Assembly: GCA_964486065.1 (NCBI GenBank)
Contig: CAZAKN010000005.1
Location: 60 to 64,059, forward strand
Source: an uncultured Gammaproteobacteria bacterium
Lineage (GTDB): Bacteria; Patescibacteriota; Patescibacteriia; UBA11705; JABHMO01
Length of the DNA: 64,000 nucleotides
Direction of reading: 5' to 3'
This document shows positions 37,428 to 46,128 of the stretch, in pieces. The notes beneath the pieces are model-generated. The model was given only the letters and a program-made list of their open reading frames with translations. It was not told the origin of the DNA and ran no database searches. The translations under genes were made by a program, and so were the position numbers. Every line of letters starts with the position of its first letter. The stretch's first letter is position 1.

Positions 37428-37840
37428 AAAAAGTAAAAAAAATTTATCAAATATCATTATTGGCAATATTTTTATTTTCATTTCTTTTGCCTTTGCAAAG
37501 TGTAATGGCTCAGGGAGATAGCGCACAGGAAATGGCTGACCAGGGATTGCAAGTATCTGCCGGCAAAGCCGGATTGACCGCAGCGCCGGTGGAACAAATA
37601 GTGGGAAATATTATTGGTTATATGTTAAGTTTTATAGGCTTGGTTTTGCTTGTAATGATTGTTTACGGTGGTATTTTGTGGTTGACGGCCGGCGGCAAAT
37701 CTGACCAATTGGAAAAAGCCAAATCGGTTTTGGCTAATGCGGTTATCGGTTTGGCTATAGTTTTGTTGGCCTATAGTTTTACTTTCTATGTTACTTCTCG
37801 TTTTACCGCAGCCACTCAAACTACAGAACAAACTCCTTAA
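37424..37840 (+). CDS. VirB2/TrbC-like pilin-like protein, paralog 5
   Basis: Core MIVYGGILWLTAGGKSDQLEKAKSVLANAVIGLAIVLLAYSF. Its start overlaps the previous stop (ATGA). Confidence 0.5.
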   Translation: MKKVKKIYQISLLAIFLFSFLLPLQSVMAQGDSAQEMADQGLQVSAGKAGLTAAPVEQIVGNIIGYMLSFIGLVLLVMIVYGGILWLTAGGKSDQLEKAKSVLANAVIGLAIVLLAYSFTFYVTSRFTAATQTTEQTP

Positions 37841-37848
37841 TTATACCT

Positions 37849-38259
37849 ATGAAATATTTAATTAATTCAAAAGTAAAAAGTTTTACAGTTATTATTGCGA
37901 TTTTTTGTATTTTACTATTAGGTTTTGGATCTGTTGTATCAGCGCAAGATCCGCAAAGTAAACTGCAAGGAGCGTATAAAGCATCATTTGGTCAAGAATT
38001 GAATGATCCGGAAAACCTTTTCACTCAGCAAGTCGGTGGTATTATTAGGATTATTTTAGCTACAGTGGGTACGGTGTTTGTGGTTGTTTTAGTTTACGCG
38101 GGATATTTGTGGTTAACGGCCGGTGGTAATGATACGCAACTGGCCAAGGCGAAAAGTTTAATGATCAATGGAGTCATTGGTTTGGCCATAACTTTGGCCG
38201 CGTATTTGATTTCCGATTATGTCTTTATTCGTTTGGTGGCGTCCACGGTCGGAGGATAA
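37849..38259 (+). CDS. VirB2/TrbC-like pilin-like protein, paralog 6
   Basis: Core VLVYAGYLWLTAGGNDTQLAKAKSLMINGVIGLAITLAAYLISDYV. Confidence 0.5.
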   Translation: MKYLINSKVKSFTVIIAIFCILLLGFGSVVSAQDPQSKLQGAYKASFGQELNDPENLFTQQVGGIIRIILATVGTVFVVVLVYAGYLWLTAGGNDTQLAKAKSLMINGVIGLAITLAAYLISDYVFIRLVASTVGG

Positions 38260-38261
38260 AT

Positions 38262-38711
38262 ATGAAAATGAAAAAAATAATATTTATTTTAATTATTATC
38301 ATGTTGGTCGTGCCGTTTTTTTCACAAGCGGCGGGAACTTTTGATCCGAAAGGAGATTTAGCGCAAGCTGAAAAGGGACTTTATCAAGGCGCTCAGCCCA
38401 CTTCTTTACCGGTATATATCGGGATGATTATCAGATATGTTTTGGGGACTGTGGGAGTTGTTTTAACCGTAATTATCGTTTATGCAGGATTTTTATGGCT
38501 GACGGCCGGTGGTAATTCAGACCAAGTCGGAAAAGCTAAAAAATTATTAATTAACGGTTTTGTCGGGTTATTGATTACTTTGGGGGCGAATTCAATAGCA
38601 CATTTTGTTATTGACAGATTAACTGATAATTCGCAACCAAATGAATGGGTGGAAATAGGTGAACAACCATATAAACCTTTAAGCGAACAAGTAAGAGACG
38701 GAGATTTATGA
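38262..38711 (+). CDS. VirB2/TrbC-like pilin-like protein, paralog 7
   Basis: Core IIVYAGFLWLTAGGNSDQVGKAKKLLINGFVGLLITLGANSIAHFV. Confidence 0.5.
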   Translation: MKMKKIIFILIIIMLVVPFFSQAAGTFDPKGDLAQAEKGLYQGAQPTSLPVYIGMIIRYVLGTVGVVLTVIIVYAGFLWLTAGGNSDQVGKAKKLLINGFVGLLITLGANSIAHFVIDRLTDNSQPNEWVEIGEQPYKPLSEQVRDGDL

Positions 38712-39115
38712 AAAAGATATTATTAATTTTTTTAATTGTCAGCATATTGTTTTCATTAAAAATTGTCCCTGCGGAGGCTAAGAGTGGGCAAGACTTTGTT
38801 AATGATTTACGACAGGGTTCGGAAAATGTGGGTGCCAAGGGGTTCGGAGAAACCGGTGGAAGTAGCCAGTTGACATATAGAATCGGTACTTGGATTCAAA
38901 TAGTCTTGGGTACTTTGGGTATAATTGTGGTGGTAATTATCCTTTACGCCGGCTTTTTATGGATGACCGCCGGAGGCAATACCGATCAAGTCGGGAAAGC
39001 TAAAAGCTTATTGATCAACGGAGCAATAGGATTGCTTATAGCCATTAGTGCGTATGCCATAACGGATTTTGTTCTGGATAGGTTTGTGGAAGACGCTCAA
39101 GTTCAAGAGCGTTGA
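38708..39115 (+). CDS. VirB2/TrbC-like pilin-like protein, paralog 8
   Basis: Core IILYAGFLWMTAGGNTDQVGKAKSLLINGAIGLLIAISAYAITDFV. Confidence 0.5.
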   Translation: MKKILLIFLIVSILFSLKIVPAEAKSGQDFVNDLRQGSENVGAKGFGETGGSSQLTYRIGTWIQIVLGTLGIIVVVIILYAGFLWMTAGGNTDQVGKAKSLLINGAIGLLIAISAYAITDFVLDRFVEDAQVQER

Positions 39116-39164
39116 TTGAAATATTAAATATTTGCTATAATATTTTTAATAATAATTAAAAAGA

Positions 39165-39566
39165 TTGCGTTTTATGAAAAATATTTTTATTGTTTTGGCC
39201 ATGCTGTTCTTGGTTTTGTTCAGCGCCAACGCGGTTTTCGCTATCAGCGATGATGTCGCCAGGGAAATAAGAGGAGGAGCCGATACTATCGGTAATGTGG
39301 GATTTGGAGAGTCAAGTGGTGAAGGAGAATTATTGTCAAACAGAATCGGCGGAATAATTAAAGCGGCTTTGGGCTTGGTGGGTGTTATCGTAGTGGTGAT
39401 AATTGTTTACGCCGGCTTTTTATGGATGACCGCCGGAGGCAATACCGATCAAGTTGGGAAAGCCAAAAGCTGGTTGATTAACGGTGTTATCGGTTTGGTT
39501 TTGGTTTTAAGCGCTTACGCTATCACGGATTTTGTTATCAGCAGATTGATTGAAGCATCCGCATAA
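39165..39566 (+). CDS. VirB2/TrbC-like pilin-like protein, paralog 9
   Basis: Core IIVYAGFLWMTAGGNTDQVGKAKSWLINGVIGLVLVLSAYAITDFV. Shares a 48-nt identical DNA stretch with paralog 8. Confidence 0.5.
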   Translation: MRFMKNIFIVLAMLFLVLFSANAVFAISDDVAREIRGGADTIGNVGFGESSGEGELLSNRIGGIIKAALGLVGVIVVVIIVYAGFLWMTAGGNTDQVGKAKSWLINGVIGLVLVLSAYAITDFVISRLIEASA

Positions 39567-39581
39567 ATATCATATTAAAAA

Positions 39582-39620
39582 AGCTCCCCTCCAAGCATGG
39601 ATAAGGGGAGCTTTTTATTT
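39582..39620. terminator. Bidirectional terminator hairpin (agctcccct ... aggggagct + T-run)
   Basis: 9-bp perfect stem between the end of the pilin-like array (+) and the end of the PGI/PMI gene (-). Confidence 0.5.
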
Positions 39621-39645
39621 TACACGAGAGGCGCGAGCTTCTCGA

Positions 39646-40653
39646 TTATTTCAACTGTTTTTTAAAGTGTTCCACCAGTTCCACGGGTGCCGGATCAATA
39701 CCTTTGTTTATGGCCAACCGATAAGAAGTCCATAATCCCAAAGACAAAGTTTGTAAAAATTTATCAAAGGCATCATCTCCCGGCATAGTAATGATTTTCG
39801 TGGCAATTTTATTGCCTAAAATATTTTGAAAAACTTGCATGCGCTTTTTATTTCTTTCAGCTGTTTGATTGTCTTGCAAAATAATAATTTGATAATCAGC
39901 CAAAAGGTCGGTAAATCCCACCATTTCATTATGATTCAATTCCGGAAAAACATTATAAAAACTCTGAGTTTTGGCGTTTTCGTTAAAATTGATTTTCCAG
40001 ACCATGGCCAATGCTTGCCAAGTCGTATCGGTATAGATAAGCGGAATTTTGCCGTTCAGATCGGTGGCCAGATCCTCCGCGACTTCAAGTAAATCAATAT
40101 TTTGCGCCAGCGCTTTTTCAATGCTTTGGTTAAGTTGATTATAATCAAGAGCAATACAACCGCTATCATGCATTATTTTCAATAACGCGCCGATGGTGTA
40201 ACCATAGGCCAAGCGAGGCTGTTTCGTGTCCGGAATGGAGATATAAGCATAATTGTTTTGTTCCGCGATTCTTTTCAGTTCTCCGTCATGAGCAAAAATA
40301 ATTATTTGTTTTAAACCGATTTTTTTCGCTTCTTGCAAAGTAGCTAAAGTTTCTTCCGTATTGCCGGAATATGAATTAAAGATTCCGATCCAATTCTCAT
40401 CAACTTCCGCTGGTAAACTGTAATTTTTATTGATAATGAATTTTTGTTTTAACGATTCTTTTAAATGAGGTAAAAGCATTAAAAAAAGATCGGCCGGTAA
40501 GGCTGATCCTCCCATTCCACAGAATACAATATTAGCATCTTTGGCGGTTAGCTTTAAATTAACTTCGGCAAACGCATTTTTAAATTGATTTGGTAAGTTC
40601 TCAATTATTGAGTGGATATTTTGAGAATCCAAATTGTTTTGCGTTTTTGGCAT
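39646..40653 (-). CDS. Bifunctional phosphoglucose/phosphomannose isomerase (SIS-domain, archaeal-type PGI/PMI family)
   Basis: SIS motif IVFCGMGGSALPADLF. 335 aa, collinear with the bifunctional PGI/PMI family. Confidence 0.65.
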   Translation of the reverse strand: MPKTQNNLDSQNIHSIIENLPNQFKNAFAEVNLKLTAKDANIVFCGMGGSALPADLFLMLLPHLKESLKQKFIINKNYSLPAEVDENWIGIFNSYSGNTEETLATLQEAKKIGLKQIIIFAHDGELKRIAEQNNYAYISIPDTKQPRLAYGYTIGALLKIMHDSGCIALDYNQLNQSIEKALAQNIDLLEVAEDLATDLNGKIPLIYTDTTWQALAMVWKINFNENAKTQSFYNVFPELNHNEMVGFTDLLADYQIIILQDNQTAERNKKRMQVFQNILGNKIATKIITMPGDDAFDKFLQTLSLGLWTSYRLAINKGIDPAPVELVEHFKKQLK

Positions 40654-40913
40654 AAGAAAAAAATGAGGTATAAATTAAACTTATCAAATCGTTTTGATTC
40701 CTGCAAAGCATTTATTCACATATTACGGATGAATCCGTTGATTTTCCGCAGGTTGACGGGATCCGATAAAATTTGTTTGACAGCTTGATTTTCAGCTTGG
40801 TATTTGATATGATTTAAATGCTATTTTTAGCTTAATTTTGTAATAATTAATGAGAATAAACAGGGAAAGTTAATATTAATCAATCAAATATTAACTTTTT
40901 TGCATTTAACAAT

Positions 40914-41627
40914 ATGAGCGGACATAGTAAATGGGCCAAAATACATAGGCAAAAAGGCGCGGCTGACGCCAAGCGAGCGAATTTATTCACTAAATTATCA
41001 AAAAATATCACTCTGGCTGCCAGGAATGGCGGAGATCCGGAGATGAATTTTGCTTTGCGTTTGGCCGTGGATAAAGCCAAAGCCGCTAGTATGCCAAAAG
41101 ATAATATTGAGAAAGCCATTAAAAGAGGTACGGGTGAATTGGATGGAGAAGCTTTGGAAGAAGTGATGTATGAAGCGTATGGTCCGGGAGGGTTGCCTTT
41201 ATTGATTGAAGGCGTTACGGACAATAAAAATCGTACCACTCCCGAAGTTAAAGCGATTTTAACGAAAAACGGCGGTAGTCTCGGAGCGCAGAATTCGGTT
41301 AAATGGATGTTTGAACATAAGGGAGTTATTTTTATAAACAATCAAGAAATAGAGGATAAAGATGATTTTATTATGCAAATGATTGATGCCGGAGCTGAAG
41401 ATGTGAGAGAAGAAGATGACGGATTGACCATATATACCGGTTATGAAGATTTTGAAAAGGTTAAAAAAGTAATTGATGAAAAAAACATTGGATTTGAATA
41501 TGCGGAAATGGATTGGATCTTAAAAGACGAACAAGAAGTGGAAAAAGATGCGGCGGAAAAGTTGGAAAAAATAATTGAACTCTTAGAAGACCATGATGAT
41601 GTAAATTCGGTGTATAGTGTTTTATAG
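40914..41627 (+). CDS. yebC: YebC/PmpR-family DNA-binding transcriptional regulator
   Basis: N-terminus MSGHSKWAKIHRQKGAADAKRANLFTKLSKNITLAAR matches the YebC family. In the conserved yebC-ruvC pair. Confidence 0.9.
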   Translation: MSGHSKWAKIHRQKGAADAKRANLFTKLSKNITLAARNGGDPEMNFALRLAVDKAKAASMPKDNIEKAIKRGTGELDGEALEEVMYEAYGPGGLPLLIEGVTDNKNRTTPEVKAILTKNGGSLGAQNSVKWMFEHKGVIFINNQEIEDKDDFIMQMIDAGAEDVREEDDGLTIYTGYEDFEKVKKVIDEKNIGFEYAEMDWILKDEQEVEKDAAEKLEKIIELLEDHDDVNSVYSVL

Positions 41628-41645
41628 AAATCAAAAATTCAAAGT

Positions 41646-42137
41646 ATGTCAAAAATAATTTTGGGCGTTGATCCCGGCTATGGCATCACTGGATATGGAA
41701 TTTTACAAGTCAACGGTTCCCAAATGAAATGTTTGCAATATGGAGTAATAACAACTCCGGCTGAAGTTGATTTTGCTTGGCGTTTGCATGATTTACACAA
41801 TGATTTGAAAAAAATAATTATGCAATACAAGCCCAATGTTGTGGCGGTTGAAGAATTGTTTTTTTATAAAAATGTAAAAACAGCCATTAATGTCGGACAA
41901 GCCAGAGGCGTGATTATGTTAACCGCCATGCTCGCCAAACTACCTGTTTTGGAATGTACGCCTTTGCAAGTCAAGCAAGCCATAACCGGATACGGTAAGG
42001 CCGATAAGTCCCAGGTTCAGCAAATGGTGAAAAATTTTTTAAAACTTGAAAACATACCCAAACCGGATGATGCCGCCGATGCTTTGGCGGTTGCCATTTG
42101 GGCCGCGCACGCGGAAAAACTAACAAAACATTCTTAA
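41646..42137 (+). CDS. ruvC: Crossover junction endodeoxyribonuclease RuvC
   Basis: ILGVDPGYGITGYGIL RNase-H-like fold start and catalytic acidic residues. 163 aa. Confidence 0.9.
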   Translation: MSKIILGVDPGYGITGYGILQVNGSQMKCLQYGVITTPAEVDFAWRLHDLHNDLKKIIMQYKPNVVAVEELFFYKNVKTAINVGQARGVIMLTAMLAKLPVLECTPLQVKQAITGYGKADKSQVQQMVKNFLKLENIPKPDDAADALAVAIWAAHAEKLTKHS

Positions 42138-42141
42138 ATTT

Positions 42142-43710
42142 ATGAAAAAAATTTTTTTAGCAATATTGATTATCTTGTTTGCCATGCCTTTTGTGTCGGT
42201 TTACGCTCAAGAAGTTCGGCAAGAAAGCCAAGAACAAGTCGTGGAAATAAAAGCGGAAGCGGGTAGCGATAAAAATGTTATTGTAAACAGGCAAGTTTCT
42301 TTCAGTTCAATAGGTTCGGTGGTGCAAGGAGAAGTTGGCGAAATTAAATATGTTTGGAACTTGGGTGATGGAACCGTATTACAGGGAGAAGAAATAGTTC
42401 ATACATATTCCCAGGCCGGAGTATACAGAGTTAAACTGATAATTTCCGGGAAACATGAAGAAAACGAATTAGTATCAGAGGATGAAATTATAGTTAATGT
42501 GGACAAAGATATTTTGGTCTTGATTACTGATCAAAGCGTGGATGATAAACAACTGTCTTTGATCCAAAACTTGGCTTCTTCGCAAGGAATTTTATTAGTA
42601 AAAATTCAAGAAACGGAAAATCAAATTGATTATGTTGCGGAAAAAGAATTGGCGCAAAAAATCATTAAAAATAAAGATGAAATTTTACAAGCCGGAGGAG
42701 TGGTAATCTGGACTTCCGGAAACATGGGCGTAAATTCTTTTCTGGAAGCCGGACAAGTTTTATCGGCGGAAGATAACGGGACCAAACTAAGTGATTTTGG
42801 TTTTCAAAATAAGCATATTGTTGTAATAACCGAACAAAACTTTACCGCGGCCGCCAAATTGTCTCAAAATTTATATAATATTTTGGAACCGCAATTTATC
42901 GTTTTAACTCATGAAGATGCCAAAGACGAAGTTTTTTTAAGTTCAAATATAAACGATTTATTAACCAAATTACAAAACAGTGAAACGGATTATAAATTGG
43001 TCGGTTTGCATACCAAAAGAGAATTGAGCGAAAAAGGGTATTGGAATTTTTTGTCGCGTATTGTCAGTTACATGGTTGACAGAGGAGTGCCTTTAAACAC
43101 CATATATTTGATTTTGGTTTTACCGGTAATTGCTACGATTTTAGCTTTTACGCGTCAAGTTATAGGGATCAAAGCTTTGGGTATTTATGCGCCTTCAATC
43201 GTGGCGGTTTCATTTTTGTCCACGGGTTTGGAATATGGTTTGTTGATTTTTTTGATAACTTTATTGGTGGGAACATTAACTAGAATTTTTGCTCGTAAAG
43301 TCAGGCTTTCATATTTACCTCGCATGGCCAATGTGCTTATCTTGGTGAGTTTCGCGGTTTTATTCATGTTTTGGGTTGGAGCTTATTTGGGCAAAAGTTC
43401 CATGATCAGTATTTCCGTTTTTCCGATTTTGATAATGGTTTTATTGACCGAGAAATTCATTAACGCTCAGATTGAACGAGGTAGTAAGGCAGCGGTTGTA
43501 TTGGTTTTGGAAACTTTGATGTTATCCATGGCTTGTTATTTTTTGGCCAATTGGCAAACTTTGCGAATTTTTGTATTGGCATATCCCGAGCTGGTTCTTT
43601 TGACCATAATAATTAATATCTTAATCGGTAAATGGAAAGGTTTGCGACTTTTGGAATATTACCGATTTAGAAAAGTAATAAAAAATGTTGAGTTACTTGA
43701 GAAAAAGTAA
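42142..43710 (+). CDS. Secreted PKD-domain protein with C-terminal polytopic (about 7 TM) membrane region (7TM_transglut-like partner of RimK-like ligases)
   Basis: Signal peptide. PKD-like segment KYVWNLGDGTVLQGEEIVHTYSQAGVYRVKLII. The C-terminal 220 aa has six or seven TM helices (AFTRQVIGIKALGIYAPSIVAVSFL...). Confidence 0.45.
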   Translation: MKKIFLAILIILFAMPFVSVYAQEVRQESQEQVVEIKAEAGSDKNVIVNRQVSFSSIGSVVQGEVGEIKYVWNLGDGTVLQGEEIVHTYSQAGVYRVKLIISGKHEENELVSEDEIIVNVDKDILVLITDQSVDDKQLSLIQNLASSQGILLVKIQETENQIDYVAEKELAQKIIKNKDEILQAGGVVIWTSGNMGVNSFLEAGQVLSAEDNGTKLSDFGFQNKHIVVITEQNFTAAAKLSQNLYNILEPQFIVLTHEDAKDEVFLSSNINDLLTKLQNSETDYKLVGLHTKRELSEKGYWNFLSRIVSYMVDRGVPLNTIYLILVLPVIATILAFTRQVIGIKALGIYAPSIVAVSFLSTGLEYGLLIFLITLLVGTLTRIFARKVRLSYLPRMANVLILVSFAVLFMFWVGAYLGKSSMISISVFPILIMVLLTEKFINAQIERGSKAAVVLVLETLMLSMACYFLANWQTLRIFVLAYPELVLLTIIINILIGKWKGLRLLEYYRFRKVIKNVELLEKK

Positions 43711-45085
43711 AAAGGTTTTGGGCATGAATGCCCGTAATTTGTCTTTCATTCGGCCGAGCAACTCAAAAAAAGCGGTTCGTTTGGTTGATGATAAATTGCG
43801 CAGTAAAGAAGTTTTGAGAAAAAACGGATTACCGACTGTTGAACTTTTGGGCGTGGTCAGGAACCGCAAAGAATTTTACAAATTCCCTTGGCATAAATTG
43901 GAAAACAGTTTTGTTCTAAAGCCCAATCGTGGTTTGGGTGGTGGCGGAATCTTGGTTACTTACGGACGCAAGAAAAACGGTCGTTGGGTTTTGCCGAATA
44001 ATAAAGAAGCGGAATTGAAAGATGTTATTTTACGCGTATCCAATATTTTGGACGGAGATTTTTCTAAAACCAATATTCCGGACAGTGCTTTTTTTGAAGA
44101 AAGATTAAAAATTCATCCGGCTTTTAAATTATATTGTTATAAAGGCGTGCCGGATATTCGGGTGATTGTTTACAATAAAGTCCCGATTATGGCTATGCTC
44201 AGATTGCCAACCAAAAATTCTGATGGAAGAGCCAATTTGCATAAAGGAGGTATTGGTGTGGGTATTGATATTGAATCAGGCATTACTACGCATGCCATAC
44301 AATATGATAGAGAAATTGAATATTTACCTGAAATGAAGTTGCCCTTGCGTGGTTTGCAAATCCCGGAGTGGAATAATATTTTGGAATTGGCGGTTAAGTC
44401 CGTTGATGCTTGCGGTTTGAATTACGCAGGTGTTGATTTGGCCGTGGACAAAAAAAAAGGCCCGGTTATCATGGAATTGAACGCTCATCCCGGTTTGTCC
44501 ATTCAGATCGCCAACATGGCGCCACTTAAAGATCGTTTAAAACGCGTAAAAGGATTAAAAATTCGCACCGCGCAAAAAGGTATCAGTGTGGCCAAGGAAT
44601 TGTTTGGTGGAGATCTGGCTCAAGAAGTTAAAGAATTGACCGGCAAAAAAATAATCGGCATTATTCATCAAATCGGGGTGAAGAAAAAAAGTGAAAAAAA
44701 ATTTACTACCGTTGAAGCAAAAGTGGATACCGGAGCGGGGATTACCGCAATTGATGAAGAATTGGCCAGACAATTGGGATTCGCGGAGGCCATTGAATAT
44801 TATCATTCTTTTAATATAAAGAGAGTGCTTACAAAAGAAGAAGTGGACGAGCTAAGTGAAAAACAGGTTTGGAAAGAAATAGTAAAACATAAAGACATTG
44901 TGGAAGTCGTGAAAATATTCAGCAGTCATGGTATTTCTTATCGCATTGAAGTCCCATTGGTCATTAAATTGGCGGGACATGAAATACATTGTCATGCATC
45001 TGTTATTGAAAGAGAAAATTTGAAATACCCGGTGATTTTGGGAAGAAGAGATTTGAATAAATTTTTAATAGATCCCGGTAAATAA
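43685..45085 (+). CDS. RimK-like ATP-grasp amidoligase (alpha-L-glutamate-ligase-related) fused to C-terminal retropepsin-like Zn_protease/DUF785 domain
   Basis: N-terminal LGMNARNLSFIRPSN motif and ATP-grasp core (NYAGVDLAVDKKKGPVIMELNAHPGLS). C-terminal segment FTTVEAKVDTGAGITAIDEELARQLGF ... YPVILGRRDLNKFLIDP is retropepsin-like. The probable start is the ATG at 43724. Confidence 0.6.
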   Translation: MLSYLRKSKKVLGMNARNLSFIRPSNSKKAVRLVDDKLRSKEVLRKNGLPTVELLGVVRNRKEFYKFPWHKLENSFVLKPNRGLGGGGILVTYGRKKNGRWVLPNNKEAELKDVILRVSNILDGDFSKTNIPDSAFFEERLKIHPAFKLYCYKGVPDIRVIVYNKVPIMAMLRLPTKNSDGRANLHKGGIGVGIDIESGITTHAIQYDREIEYLPEMKLPLRGLQIPEWNNILELAVKSVDACGLNYAGVDLAVDKKKGPVIMELNAHPGLSIQIANMAPLKDRLKRVKGLKIRTAQKGISVAKELFGGDLAQEVKELTGKKIIGIIHQIGVKKKSEKKFTTVEAKVDTGAGITAIDEELARQLGFAEAIEYYHSFNIKRVLTKEEVDELSEKQVWKEIVKHKDIVEVVKIFSSHGISYRIEVPLVIKLAGHEIHCHASVIERENLKYPVILGRRDLNKFLIDPGK

Positions 45086-45117
45086 TCAGTGGAAATAATC
45101 ATTAATTCAATATTATT

Positions 45118-46125
45118 ATGTTAAAACCGGAACAATTTAATTATTTCAGTACATATTTGCTGGGAGCTGAAGCTGAGAGCCGAGGAATTAAAGTTACCAA
45201 AATTTTTACCAAAGGAGGATTGGCAAAACACAGTCATTTGGTTTTAACTTATAAAAAACATGAAGAGGTTATAATCGGACAAAGAACTCGTCAAACCGAT
45301 TGCATCGGATATTGGATTTCAAAAAATAAACAAGTCGCCAAATATTTCTTTTCCAGAGCCGGTTTGCAAGTTGCTAAAGGTGGAATTTATGACGCCAATG
45401 ACATGGATGAAATAACCAAACAAGCCAAAAGGATCAAATATCCCGTGGTATTGAAGCCGGTGGCGGGGATACAAGGAACGAAAGTTTTTTTGGGAGTTGA
45501 TTCGGATAAAAAATTGAAAAAAATAATTAAAGAAAATTTTAAAGGAAAGGTTCTTTTGGAAAAAGAATATTTTGGTAAAGAGTATAGGCTTTTGGCAATT
45601 CGCGATAAGTTTTTAGCGGCCATTTATCGTGTACCTGCCAATGTTCAAGGTGACGGAATTCACGGTATAAAAGATTTGATTGAATTGAAAAATAAAGATC
45701 CGAGGCGAGGTTCCGGACATAAGAAGAGCTTGGTCAAGATTAAAATTGACGGAATTGTCAAAGATTATTTAAAAAAACAAGGAAAAAAATTATCTTCCGT
45801 ACCCAACAAAGATGAAATTGTTTATCTTCGTCCCAATTCCAATATTTCCACGGGAGGAGATAGTATTGATGTAACGGACTTGGTTAATCCAGAGGTGAAG
45901 AAGTTGGCTGTTAAAGTTATTAAGTCCATTCCGGGCTTGGCTTATGGTGGGATTGATTATTTGACCAAAGATATTACCGCTAAGCCGACTACCCGCAATT
46001 ATATTGTTATAGAAGTCAATGATTCCCCCATGATTTCCATGCATCATTTCCCGTATCAGGGTAAAGAAAGAAATGTGGCGGCGTCGATAATTGATCAAAT
46101 TTTTCCGGAAACCAAAAATAAGTAA
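45118..46125 (+). CDS. Cyanophycin-synthetase-N-domain-like ATP-grasp ligase (no Mur-ligase domain), paralog A
   Basis: YPVVLKPVAGIQGTKVFLGV; ANVQGDGIHGIKDLIELKNKDPRRGSGHKKSLVKI; NISTGGDSIDVTDLVNPE; VIEVNDSPMISMHHFPYQGKERNVAASIIDQIF. These are collinear with the CphA ATP-grasp B/C subdomains. Confidence 0.6.
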   Translation: MLKPEQFNYFSTYLLGAEAESRGIKVTKIFTKGGLAKHSHLVLTYKKHEEVIIGQRTRQTDCIGYWISKNKQVAKYFFSRAGLQVAKGGIYDANDMDEITKQAKRIKYPVVLKPVAGIQGTKVFLGVDSDKKLKKIIKENFKGKVLLEKEYFGKEYRLLAIRDKFLAAIYRVPANVQGDGIHGIKDLIELKNKDPRRGSGHKKSLVKIKIDGIVKDYLKKQGKKLSSVPNKDEIVYLRPNSNISTGGDSIDVTDLVNPEVKKLAVKVIKSIPGLAYGGIDYLTKDITAKPTTRNYIVIEVNDSPMISMHHFPYQGKERNVAASIIDQIFPETKNK

Positions 46126-46128
46126 AAT

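Noticed and set aside
39550-39735. 61-aa plus-strand ORF after the pilin-like array
   Set aside because: It overlaps the terminator hairpin and the 3' end of the convergent PGI/PMI gene. It has no RBS and no hydrophobic pilin-like core, so it is probably not a gene.
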